Origin: Podarcis muralis
Lineage: Eukaryota
Length of the DNA stretch: 64,000 nucleotides
NCBI RefSeq assembly: GCF_964188315.1
Contig: NC_135673.1
Location: forward strand, 14,570,001 to 14,634,000
Direction: 5' to 3'
Position 1 is the first letter of the stretch, and every line of letters starts with the position of its first letter. The notes below the pieces were generated by a model. The model searched no databases and was not told the DNA's origin. It was given only the letters and a program-made list of their open reading frames with translations. Below are positions 40,441 through 51,293 of this stretch, piece by piece. The position numbers and the translations under genes are program-made.

Positions 40441-41029
40441 GGGGAAAACTCAATTTGCAACAGATTCCAACAGTTTCTCCATCAACTGCACATCTCCATG
40501 ACCCACCTCAAAATGCATGCATTACAAAATACATACCCACTGGTCACATTCCAGCCTATTTTGCTTCATTAGCCTTAACCAACTTGGTGCCCTCCAGAAG
40601 TTTAGGTCTACAACTCACATCAGTCCCAACTCTGTGATAGAGTTCCTCAGCATAAGGCAGCTTCCTATTTATTTAGGGCCACAAATGCTGGACTGCTACA
40701 TTATTTTTTAGAGGAAAGGACTATAGCTCACCCAACCTGGGAGAGCTGTTGTTAGTCAGCGCAAACAACACTGAGCTAGATGGAGTAATGGTCCGACTCA
40801 GTACATGACAGCATCTTACTCAAACCATCCCTTTTAGATCTGGAACCTTATTTCAGAAGAAGGTCCTCATTTCGTGGAGAGCTGGGAGAGTGCAACCCTG
40901 GAGAGCCACTGCCAGTCAGTGCGGGTCACATTAAGCTAGATGGACCAGCTTTCTGACTTGCTATGATGGGAATCATAAATCCCCAAACCTTAGAAGCCAA
41001 CAAGACCGAGAAAGGCTGATCTGAACTCG

Positions 41030-41700
41030 CCCAGCGCTCAACAAACGAGACTAAGGGGTGCATCACCCCCTGTTTAAGAAGCCTTCCACCCGCAATCGTG
41101 CTGCATTACTCCGCGCACCAATTCAGAAAAGTTTCAGCCTGCAGTCACAAAAGAAGTCTAAATAAATAGATCGATTATCTAACAAATAAATATTAGTATC
41201 TCAGTATCTTACTCAATACATGTAATCCTCTTACAGACAGGCGGCCATTTTTCCTTTTTCTCTTGCGAACGGTTCCTCCTTCACTGGCTACGTCCAGCCC
41301 ATGGGGCGGGGAAAACGTTTCCTCCTCCTCCTTCCGAAGCTCCTCCAACATCCCATAATCCTTCGCCTCATCCTCACAGGGTCTATCAATAGAGCGCCGA
41401 GCCGTTCACAAAGGGCCGTGGGCTAGTTCCGCCTTCCTCTCCAGCTCAGGTAAGTGACCAGCTCACGAGCCACGCGTAGTGCGCTTTTGCGATTCCTCCA
41501 AAAGAAGCGCACGCGTTGAGGTGAACCACACGGGTTGCAGCGCCTTCTTTGCACGCCCTGTGATCCTGGTTTAGGGGAACGCGTGCCAACCCCTAAAAAG
41601 CCTTAAGGGGGTGGATCTCCGCCAACTGCTCACTGGCCAGCCCTACACAGGATGGGAGATCTCGAATAGAGTCGGTTTGCCTTACGCCTACACATTAAAT
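41030..41700. promoter_or_regulatory. CpG-rich bidirectional promoter shared by MED22 (-) and SURF6 (+)
   Basis: CpG island; minus-strand donor ct|gtaaga at 41235; plus-strand donor cag|gtaagt at 41449; YY1-like gcggccatttt near 41241-41251. Confidence 0.7.
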
Positions 41701-42483
41701 GATCTCTCCTTCCCGTGAGCGGCCAGCATGTGTTGGTTCGCACGTGGCGTACAACCTCTGTACATAAGTTGTTTAGCTGCACGCTCCTACAGCTATTCAT
41801 ATTTTCAGTTTGGGAAACTGTGTACACAATAGTTGATCAGTGCACTCTACACGCAAACGCTTGTGCGTGCGTGGAAACAGCTCTGTTTAATGTGTAACCC
41901 TGCACACGTGTTTGCTGGAAAGTAAAATTTAGCTGGCTGGTGTGACACGTGGGGGCTGTTCACCCGTTCTGTTAAACAGATGTACAATTTGGGGGTGCCC
42001 ATGTGTACAAATTAGTTAGGTCTGCTCTTGAACAACCATTCACATGTGATATTAAGGAGTGTACAATCTGTAACTGAGTATACAATAGCTTTACAAGCCA
42101 ACAGATGTACACTTTCCCCCTCAAATGCCTGCACACATGTTAAGATGGCTTTCTGTGGATTTTTATTTTCCTGACTTGTAAATATCAATCTATGAGTCTC
42201 CTTCAGTTTACTCATGTCATTGAATAATTTCTCTCTCTCATTAAGCAGGATGAAAAGCGAGTATGCAAACGTGGCCCCATGAGTTTTGTCCACTTTGGGT
42301 CGACGTAGCAGAAGCAGCCTCACACAGCATTCTGGGTAGAAGTTTCGAAGGGAGGATGATCGGAATGAACAAGACATCTTTGACTTAGAGGCACATTCCC
42401 CCTGCGAGACCATCCTACGATTTTATTTTAATTTTTTGTTTATTTACTTTTAACTTTTACCTTCACGAGACTTTGATCCCACA

Positions 42484-45110
42484 ATGGCCAGTTTAGTCAA
42501 CAAAGACTCTTACCTGCAGAAATTGGCCAAGAAAATTTGCACCCAGGAAGCCCCCGAGCCACGAAAAAGGAAATTTGGTACAATTATCTGATGCTGTCAT
42601 TTACTTCTCTAGATCAGGGTTTTTTGTAGTAGTGCATCCTCCTTGGTTATTGTAATTATTTTCATTTATTTATTTCACAGGATTGATATACTGCTTGTGA
42701 TGAAACCTCAAAGTGGTAGTACTTAATGTTTTCCCTTATTTTAACCACAGCTCATTTTAGATTATAATCTGCTCAGGAAAGGGTCCTGATGCCACAATGG
42801 AATGACAGTAGTGTGTTTTGAAAATGCAACTTGGAAAAATTCAGCTGTCTTGTCTTGGTGCTTCTTGAAGACCTCCAGAAGTTGCTGGACTACAACTCCC
42901 ATCATTCCTGATCAGCCATACTGGCTAAGGTTGATGGGAGTTGGAGTCCAGTAACATCCGGAGGGCATTCTAACATGTATGTTCTTAGGCATTTACAGTG
43001 GACGCTCGGGTTGCGAATGTGATCTGTGCGGGATGCACGTTCGCAACCCGCAGTGGTGCATCTGCGCACGCATGGGATTTGGCGCTTCTGCACATGCGCG
43101 ACCACCAAAACCCGGAAGTAACCCATTCTGGTACTTCCTGGTTTCGGCGATCCGTAACCCGAAAAAACACAACCTGAAGCGGCTGTAACCTGAGGTATGA
43201 CTGTATTCCTTGCAGATTGCAAAATATTTTCCTCTCTTTGTTTAATGAAGTCTTGTGTCTCTGCCTTCAAACATTCCCAGGAACTGGACTGGGAGACGAT
43301 AGCACCCAGCCAAAGAAGAAGAGGAAGAAGAAACAGAAGAAGCAAGGCAAGATAGTGGGCACCTCTCTGGGCAAGCAGACAGCACCTGGGGGCAGCCAAG
43401 CATCACCAGCCAAGCCAACAAATGCCAGTATTCAGAAATCTGGCCCAGTTATCCATGCTGCACCCAGTTCCAGTGGATCTCAGAATACTGGGGGGAAAGG
43501 GGACAGAAGCCAAAACGATGTTGCAGGTGAGAGTGTTTCTACAGCCAGTCAGTTAAGCTACTGGGCTGGTTTCTCACATAACTCTAAGCAATGGTTTAGT
43601 AACTCATATTTTAGCATTATGTGTGAACCAGGCCACTGAGTTTAGCTGAGTTGAGTTTAGCAGCAATTTGGGTTGGGACACAGGTCATGTGCTTTCTCCT
43701 GTTTCCCCTTACAGGTGGTGACAAGAGCACAGCCGGCTCATTTTCAGCCATGAATCTCTTGCGGCAGAGACTGCACGAGAAGATCCAAGAAATCTCTGGC
43801 CAGGTAAGATCAGCACCCTCCTTTAAAATGTTGTCACGATGTGGAGAAAGCCTGGAGAATCCAAAGCCAATTTTAGCCTGTGGGCATATGCCAGCTTAAT
43901 CTGGGAGCAAGCCTTGTTTAGGGCAGTGCAACTTGCTCCTAATTAAACACCCACAGAATTGCACTGTTAGACGTATGGTGGAAATATTCCTATGCTTCTA
44001 GTATTCTGGTTCCAGTTGATATCATACTGGCTTCTGCTCTACCTTGATTTGAACTAAAACAGTTCACCCATCTTTGGAGGCCAGATTTTGGAGGATGTAA
44101 TGGGGGGTGGTTGATGTATAATAGGGGTGGGGAACCTATGGCTCTCCAGATGTTGAACAGCCAGCTTCCATCAGCCCTGGCCACCATTGCCAGTGGTCAG
44201 GGATGGTTAGAAACATCTGAAGGGCTACAGGTGAGTGTATAAATGTAACACTCTCTTCAGTCAGGCCTGTTTGTACTTTGTGATTCTGTTCAAACATAGC
44301 ATGGGTGAGAAATATTTGGGTGAAAAAAATCAGCTTTTTAATAATCTTAGCTTTACTGTTTTCACTCTAAAAAGCAAGTTTGTAGATCACATGGCTGAAA
44401 ATATAAGCTTACAGCTATACATTCTAAGCTTCCAGTGTCCTGTGCACCTTACCCCTCTCCAAGAGAAAGATAGGCAGTGATCCTAAGGATAAGCATGAGC
44501 CTAAGTATGCAAATGAAGAACCTTTCTGTTGGTTCAAGGAGAGAGAGAAAAAGGTATATAAAAATGAGAATTTCTGGATACCATTATCCAAGTTTGGGGC
44601 AAGTACTCTTTGGCAAAAGAACACCAGCAGAGATTTGAAATAGCAAAATACACAACAAAGTAAAGTATGGAAATAAGGATAGGATTTTTAGACTTTTAAA
44701 ATATGCCACTTAAAGTGAGTTCCAAAGTTTCCCTCTTTCAGTAGCTTAGAAAAAGAACACATTTGGCAAATTAAAAAGTTTACTTACAAGCTCTCCAAAT
44801 GTCAGATTCATGTGCTTTTCCATACAGCAGTCAGAAAAAACTGCACAGCACAGGCAATAAAATGTGGCTTAATTACGGTGGTGCAAGTTCCTAAATCATT
44901 GGTATAGGAACTGAAGAGTGACTTGTGAAAGCTGAGCAACGACATCCTCTTACACCTGAACTGCTCAGGTAAACTGGGAGAGAACAAAGCCTTGATTATC
45001 CAGTCTCTCCCAGAGTGAGCTAAGCACATTGATTGTATGAGGCTAGTTATCCCACAGTTCCAATAACTTTTGCAGTATTTAGGTTTTTTCTGTAAACGTG
45101 TAATATATAG

Positions 45111-45155
<45 letters not shown>

Positions 45156-45282
45156 TGACACTGAGATCGATCCAACACTGTTTAGTTAATAAATAGTGAC
45201 AATTCTAAGAGTACTCAGGATGGAAAAATTTTAAGAGATGTGATATATACAAATTATCCCTTTAAAATTACTATTACTACTA

Positions 45283-45313
<31 letters not shown>

Positions 45314-46530
45314 TATTAGCTACATAGAAATTAGCAGAGTGGTTCTATAATACTGTCTTCAGAGTATGTCCCACTGTGTTCAATGGGGTCTACTCTTGGG
45401 TAAGTAGGTTCAGAATTGTAGCCTAAATTTTGTTTTCTGGGTTAAGTCCACAAGGTATCAGGGTCTTGAGTCTGTGTATCCTCCTGCTATTCAGATGGGT
45501 TTTATGGTTGTTCTGTAGGAATAAGTTGGACAGGTTGAAGCAGTTTCCATTTTGGGGGTCAATAGTGATTTCTAAATCATGCATCAAAGTATTTTGTCCC
45601 ATCCCCCCCCCCCCCAATATTCTGATTGTGGCATCCAGTAATGTATAATTACATTGTTAGTCTTCCAGCTGAAATTCTCTTGAAGGAAATAATCCTTGCC
45701 GGCTTTCCTGCTTTTTAATGTAATGGTAAAGATAATACAGTGACCAGATTTACACTGATATATATGTTAGTGCTCTATTCTAGGCACTGTCTTTTTAGCT
45801 TAAAAAGTTCACTTTCCTCTTTTGAACGATTCCTCTTTCTTTTCAACTTGCTGTTTCTTAACAGGGAAACAGCAAAGAGTTGTCCCCAGCAGTGTTGGAG
45901 AAGAGGCAACGAAGGAAATACGAGAAGGAGAGAAAGAAACGCCGTAGAAAAGAGTTGAGGATGAAAGAAAAAATGGAGAAGAAGGAGGCAGAGGAGGCTT
46001 CAGCAGCCATTTCAGAGCCCCAGGCCACAAAGAATGACACCAAGGTCGAGATCGTCTTCAATAAGGTTGAAGTCCATGAGGAAGGGCTTAGCAAAGCGGA
46101 AAAGAGGAAGGCGCTGAAAGGCAACATTACTCCACTGACAGGGAAGAATTACAAGCAACTCCTGAGCAGATTGGAATCTCGTAAGAGTAAGCTGGAAGAT
46201 CTGAAAGACAAGGATGAGGGGAAAGCCAAGGAGCTGGAGGTGAAGATGAAGTGGACAAATGTCCTGTACAAGGCAGAAGGGGTCAAAATCCGTGATGACG
46301 AGGACAGGCTGAAGGCGGCCCTGAAGCGGAAGGAGAAGCGCAAGGCCCAGCGCCAGAGGCAGTGGGAGAAGCGGACTGAAAACATAGTGATCAAAATGCA
46401 GCAGCGGCAAGACAAGCGCCGCAAGAACCTCCAGAAGAAAAAGATAGCCAAGGTGGAGAAGAAGAAAGCCAAGGCTCGCAAAAAGGGTCGCATCCTGCCC
46501 GAGGACCTGGGCAAAGCCAAAATTAAATGA
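42484..46530 (+). CDS. SURF6: Surfeit locus protein 6 (nucleolar, ribosome biogenesis), 364 aa, 4 coding exons
   Basis: Exons 42484-42577, 43281-43526, 43715-43803, 45865-46530 (1095 nt). Motifs MASLVNKDSYLQKLAKKIC, LRQRLHEKIQE, KGNITPLTGKNYKQLL, KMKWTNVLYKAEGVKIRDDE and ARKKGRILPEDL; aataaa at 46587-46592. Confidence 0.97.
42996..43203. mobile_element. Tigger-like MITE (reverse-oriented relative of 17851-18064)
   Basis: ta|cagtggacgctcgggtt ... ctgaggtatgactg|ta. Confidence 0.8.
45115..45318. repeat. (TG)n and (TAT)n microsatellites in SURF6 intron 3
   Basis: TG run at about 45115-45153 and tat/att run at about 45270-45318. Confidence 0.9.
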
Positions 46531-47764
46531 ATCAGGCTAGTGGACCATTGGAACCCACTCCAAAGCAGATGCTCACAGGGCTCATTAATAAAAGCTATTT
46601 TGTAGTGGAACATCTGAAATTCTTTATATCTAAATCTCCTTGCTTGTGAGATGACTTGGAGTCATCAGGCTGTGCAGCTAGACCAAGAAGAGGGAGCTGC
46701 TACACTTGAGATGCAAAAGAGATATATTTCCACAAGACTGTTTCTGTGGCCATACAACCCTGAGCTATACCAGTTGATCAAGTGGATCTTTTCATCCCTC
46801 TCCCTGAGTCAGGATAAGAGAACCTTCAGTCTGGGTGCTAAATGTGGCCTTCAAAACCTATCTTCCAGACCCCCTAGCACAGCTTAACACCCTCCTTGAA
46901 TATTTTCTACCTTTAACTGTGCTATGTCTTTTTTTCCCCTTGAGTAAAATGTGTATTCATTGCTCCCCTCCATTTTTGCTTTTGCCCTGCCCATCAACTG
47001 GCATGCAGCCCCTTGAAAATATCCCAGAAGGGAACACAGCCCTAAGGCTGACAAATGTATTTTTTGTGAAGAAATTTCACAAAATCTCATCAACAGGAGC
47101 TCAGGAAGGAAGCAGATGAATTTAATATCATAACAATAATGGGATGCACAAAAGTTGAATGTTATCTTGAAAATACTAATTCCAGAAGTTAATAAACAGT
47201 ACCACTTTCCCATAAACCAGTCAATTTGAGATTTATAATAGCTTTTTGTGAAATAAGTTTGTGCAGTCCTTTTTGTGGTGGTTCCAGAGTTTTCAGGTAT
47301 GAGGCAATACACATAACTTCAGTTAGTAAGTTTAATACTGTTTGCAAATCCTCTATTTTTTATTTCATTTTAATTTCAACTTTTCAATAATGTATAAGAT
47401 TTATTTTTTCATCTGTAGTTAGATGTTAATCTGTTAAATAACCAAAATACTGTTCCAAAAGTGGCTTATTTTAGAACAGACCCCAAAAGTGGGCATAAGA
47501 TCAACTTGGGAGGTGTGGTATCTTCAATATATATTTGATGAGTTTATAGTATTTAGCCTATGTAGTGTAGGAGATAACTATTTTTTATTTAAATAGGTAT
47601 ATATTTGAAATTTGCATTAATCCAAATTAGGTGGAAAGGAATTATGAAAGGAAAACATAAAGCTGAAGGAGTGTCTTTTATTCGCAATTGACAAACACTG
47701 ATTTAAATCTCTATTACTTAAAGGTTGGGGTAAACCCTTTTATAAATAAAAATCCCACTTTTAT

Positions 47765-47950
47765 AGGGGATAGAGCAGCTCCCCTATGAGGAAAGGTTGC
47801 AGCATTTGGGACTTCTTAGTCAAGAGAAAAAGCAAGTAAGAGGAGACGTTACTGAAGTATATAAAATTGTGCATGGAGGTAAAAATGTGGGCAAAGAATA
47901 TTTCTCAGTCTCATAACACTAGGAAGTCATGGACATGAAGCTGAATGCTT
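47765..47950 (+). mobile_element. CR1 3' fragment (continues at about 48917-49140 after the LTR insertion)
   Basis: gagcagctcccctatgaggaaaggttgcagcatttggg...; the later piece has ggataaattcatggaggataaggctatc. Confidence 0.7.
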
Positions 47951-47951
47951 G

Positions 47952-48849
47952 TGTTATAGGAAAAAACTGCTCCAAGCACCCATATAGAGTCCTTAAGTGG
48001 GTTCCCTATCTGTAGGAAAAAATAATAGGCCAATCAGAGAGTATTGATAAGCAAAGCAGCTAGTAAGCCTGATATTTATTAAACTGTTGCATGCACACTT
48101 CTTCAGATATCTGAAGACATCCTTCAACTAAGTGCACATTTAAAATATGAATAGAATGCAAGCCTGTGACCTGTATTCAGGAATTCAGTAGTTATCATAA
48201 TGAAAGAGTGGCCAGGATGCCCAGGTAATCAAATCAGGTAACCTGGCAGACAGGAAGAAACACCACACCCAGATTTCCACCCCTTCTCTGGTGTATTAAG
48301 GGGGTGGTCTTGGGCTACACCCCTTCTGTGATGTATGTATGATGTTTCCGGGGGTGGTCTTGGACTCCAGGGTGGGCAGTTTAAAATGTCTGTATAAGGG
48401 CTTGGGCGCATTGCTAGGGTTCCCTCCCCCCCCTCCTGTGGGGGGGAGCACCCTGTTACAACAGCTTTAATAAAGATCTGGCTTACTAGCTGCTTTGCTT
48501 CTCAATACAGTGGTACCTCAGGTTAAGTACTTAATTCATTCCGGAGGTCCGTTCTTAACCTGAAACTGTTCTTAACCTGAAGCACCACTTTAGCTAATGG
48601 GGCCTCCTGCTGCTGCCGCACCGCCAGAGCACGATTTCTGTTCTCATCCTGAAGCAAAGTTCTTAACCTGAAGCATTATCTCTGGGTTAGCGGAGTCTGT
48701 AACCTGAAGCGTATGTAACCTGAGGTACCACTGTATTCTCTGGTTGGTCTCTGTTATTTTCTCCTACTGATAGAGAACCTACAAAAGGACTCTCTGTATT
48801 GGTTCTTGGGTACCCCATAAGGGAAAAGGAGCAGTTTTTTCTCATAACA
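47952..48849. mobile_element. ERV LTR composite: inverted 3' LTR fragment (47952-48092, -) plus 5'-truncated LTR (48130-48849, +)
   Basis: Both pieces align by eye to the 27507-28219 LTR (gcttactagctgctttgct..., aataaagat); a MITE is inserted at a TA within the LTR. Confidence 0.75.
48508..48733. mobile_element. Tigger-like MITE
   Basis: cagtggtacctcaggtt / aacctgaggtaccactg, TA TSD; nested in the LTR. Confidence 0.9.
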
Positions 48850-49217
48850 GTTTCCCTTGTACATTTATGAACGTTTACAGTATTTTATATTTGTGACCTT
48901 AGAATTCTTATAACACTGGAGAATTCAGGGCTGGTTAAAGAAAATACTTATTCACATAGTGCAGACTGGAATTACCGTAACTCCCAGATGAGGTAGTGAA
49001 GACCACCACCTTGGATGGTTTTGAAAGGACTGATAAATTCATGGAGGATAAGGCTATCAGTGACTCTTATCCACCATGGCTATGTTCTGGCTCCAGTTAT
49101 TGGCCCCCTTTGGTCTGATCCAGCAAGGCTTCCATTCTTATCAAAATCCCCCTTGATTGGACAAGAAGCTTGTCTTATCTGCATCTGTAAGTTCACAATC
49201 AAGGCATTAAAGAAGTA

Positions 49218-49440
49218 CAGTGGTACCTCGGGTTACATATGCTTCAGGTTACAGACACCGCTAACCCAGAAATAGTACCTCGGGTTAAGAACTTTGCTTC
49301 AGGTTGAGAACAGAAATCATGCCGCCGTGGCACAGCAGCGGGAGGCCCCATTAGCTAAAGTGGTGCTTCAGGTTAAGAACAGTTTCAAGTTAAGAACGGA
49401 CCTCCGGAACGAATTAAGTACGTAACCAGAGGTACCACTG
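49218..49440. mobile_element. Tigger-like MITE (same family as 48508-48733, opposite orientation)
   Basis: cagtggtacctcgggtt / aaccagaggtaccactg, TA TSD. Confidence 0.9.
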
Positions 49441-50062
49441 TACCCATCTCCTGTTGCTTCTCCTAAGCCCCTGGTGTGGATAGACTGCCTCTGAAAATGG
49501 AGCATTGATTTTGCCACCAGGTGGGGCCTGTGATCTCATTTCTCCCCAGTTACCCAAGCAAATCCCCTCCTTAACTGTGGGTGCCCACCTGTGTCCTGAC
49601 AAAAACACGCGTATACTAATGAAATCTGCCAGACAGCTCTACGGCTGGTGTGTGGTCTGTTTTGCTACTTCCCATCCTTTAAAAAACAACACTTTTTTAC
49701 AATCTCTCCCCCCCCCCAAAAAAAAAATAAAAAAATGGAAAGGTGGTAACCTTCAATGCAGGGCATCTTGAATTGAAAATCAGGATTCAAAATGCAGAAG
49801 CATCTTGACGTTATTCTAAGTTTTAAAAGGATTCAAAGTCGGAAAGGTTCTGTACATGCTCGGACTCTTATTTACCACGCAATATTCTGGTGGGGGAAAT
49901 TATGGAGGAAAACAACTATAACAACTAGTACTCTATAAAACGCTGTTATCGCTGTTTCTAACAAGATTACTGTATAAGTGACCAGGACACAATGACGAAC
50001 TCATAAGACAAAAACAAGCTCCTGCCGCTCGTAATTTTTTTTTTTTTTAAACCGCTTTCCGC

Positions 50063-50181
50063 GTCTCTATGGCAACAACTAGTCACCGGAGCGGCCATGT
50101 TGAATCCCGTCGAGTCCCGCGAGAGAATAACACGCACTTTCTCTCTTCCTCCTCCCTGCGCTTGATAGTCACCATGGCAAC
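50063..50181. promoter_or_regulatory. Two RFX X-box motifs in the CCDC180 CpG promoter
   Basis: gtctctatggcaac (50063-50076) and gtcaccatggcaac (50168-50181) fit GTNRCC/YATRGYAAC; first-exon donor cag|gtaagg at 50251. Confidence 0.75.
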
Positions 50182-50993
50182 CAAAAGACGCCGTTCTTGG
50201 CCTAGCTGCCTTGAAGCGGCTTTTAGGACTGGCTTTCCAAGGGTCCCTCAGGTAAGGTTCGCTGTCGGGTGAGAGAGGGGCAATGGCGGGAAGAGATGAG
50301 TTGAAGAGGAGAGCCCCCCCCCAATACGTTACAATGAGTTGCGATCCTTTCCTTTGCCCTAAGGGGGAAAGTAGCCACACGCCCAGCTAAGCATTCTGGG
50401 AGAGCAGCACATGGAACGAATCCGTCCCTCCCATCACATTTAGTTTGGATCTCAAATGTATCCCTCGTGGCAGGACCTGATGCGAGCCACAAAGGCCATT
50501 TTTCTCCTCTCCCCAACAGGACTTGGGGGGGGGACCCCACTTTTGTTTATTGCCTAATTGCATTTGATGATTTGCGTGAATAAGTGCTGTAAATAAATTT
50601 GCACAATTAAATGCAATCATTAATTTTATAAATAAATGACAGTTTTATTTAAAATTGCTCAGGGCACTGGCACCCAGATAGGTAGATGGCAGATAATGGG
50701 GAGGGAGTCCACAGTTGCAAATAAGACTACAGCTATAATATCATAAAACTCTACTGAAATACACTGGCATTTACTGCTGATATATGAGTCAGTTTGAGGT
50801 GCCATGCAATTACAAAAAAGTCTTGTTCACAGCAGTATCTCCCCCACTCGCCATTCCCAACATCACTCAAGGAATGACACCAAACCATTCAATTATTTCT
50901 TTCTTTCTCTTTCTTTGCATTTTCCTTTTTCCCAGCTAACCCAAGAAAAAGTTCAGCCGCAAACCAATCGAGCGCCTAGGAAAAGTCTGCAAC

Positions 50994-51252
50994 ATGACCC
51001 TAGTGGGGGTGTCCCGTGTCGTCCCCAGTGGGAAAGTCTACAGGCAGATATTTGATGATGAGGTACAGCAATGACAGAAGCTAGAAGACCTGATTGGGCT
51101 GGGGCGGGGGGGGGGGGATAGCATCACTTGAAGCAGGGATGGGGAAATGCAGGCACAGAACTCTCCCTGGGCTACACCTCCTCTCCCTAGGCCACACCCC
51201 TGTCCAGCTTTGGTTAGTAGATCTGCAGATTAGTAGATCTACAGGTTCTAGT

Positions 51253-51293
<41 letters not shown>

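Noticed and set aside
45740-46613. Minus-strand hydrophobic ORFs
   Set aside because: Antisense shadows of the Lys/Arg/Glu-rich SURF6 exon.
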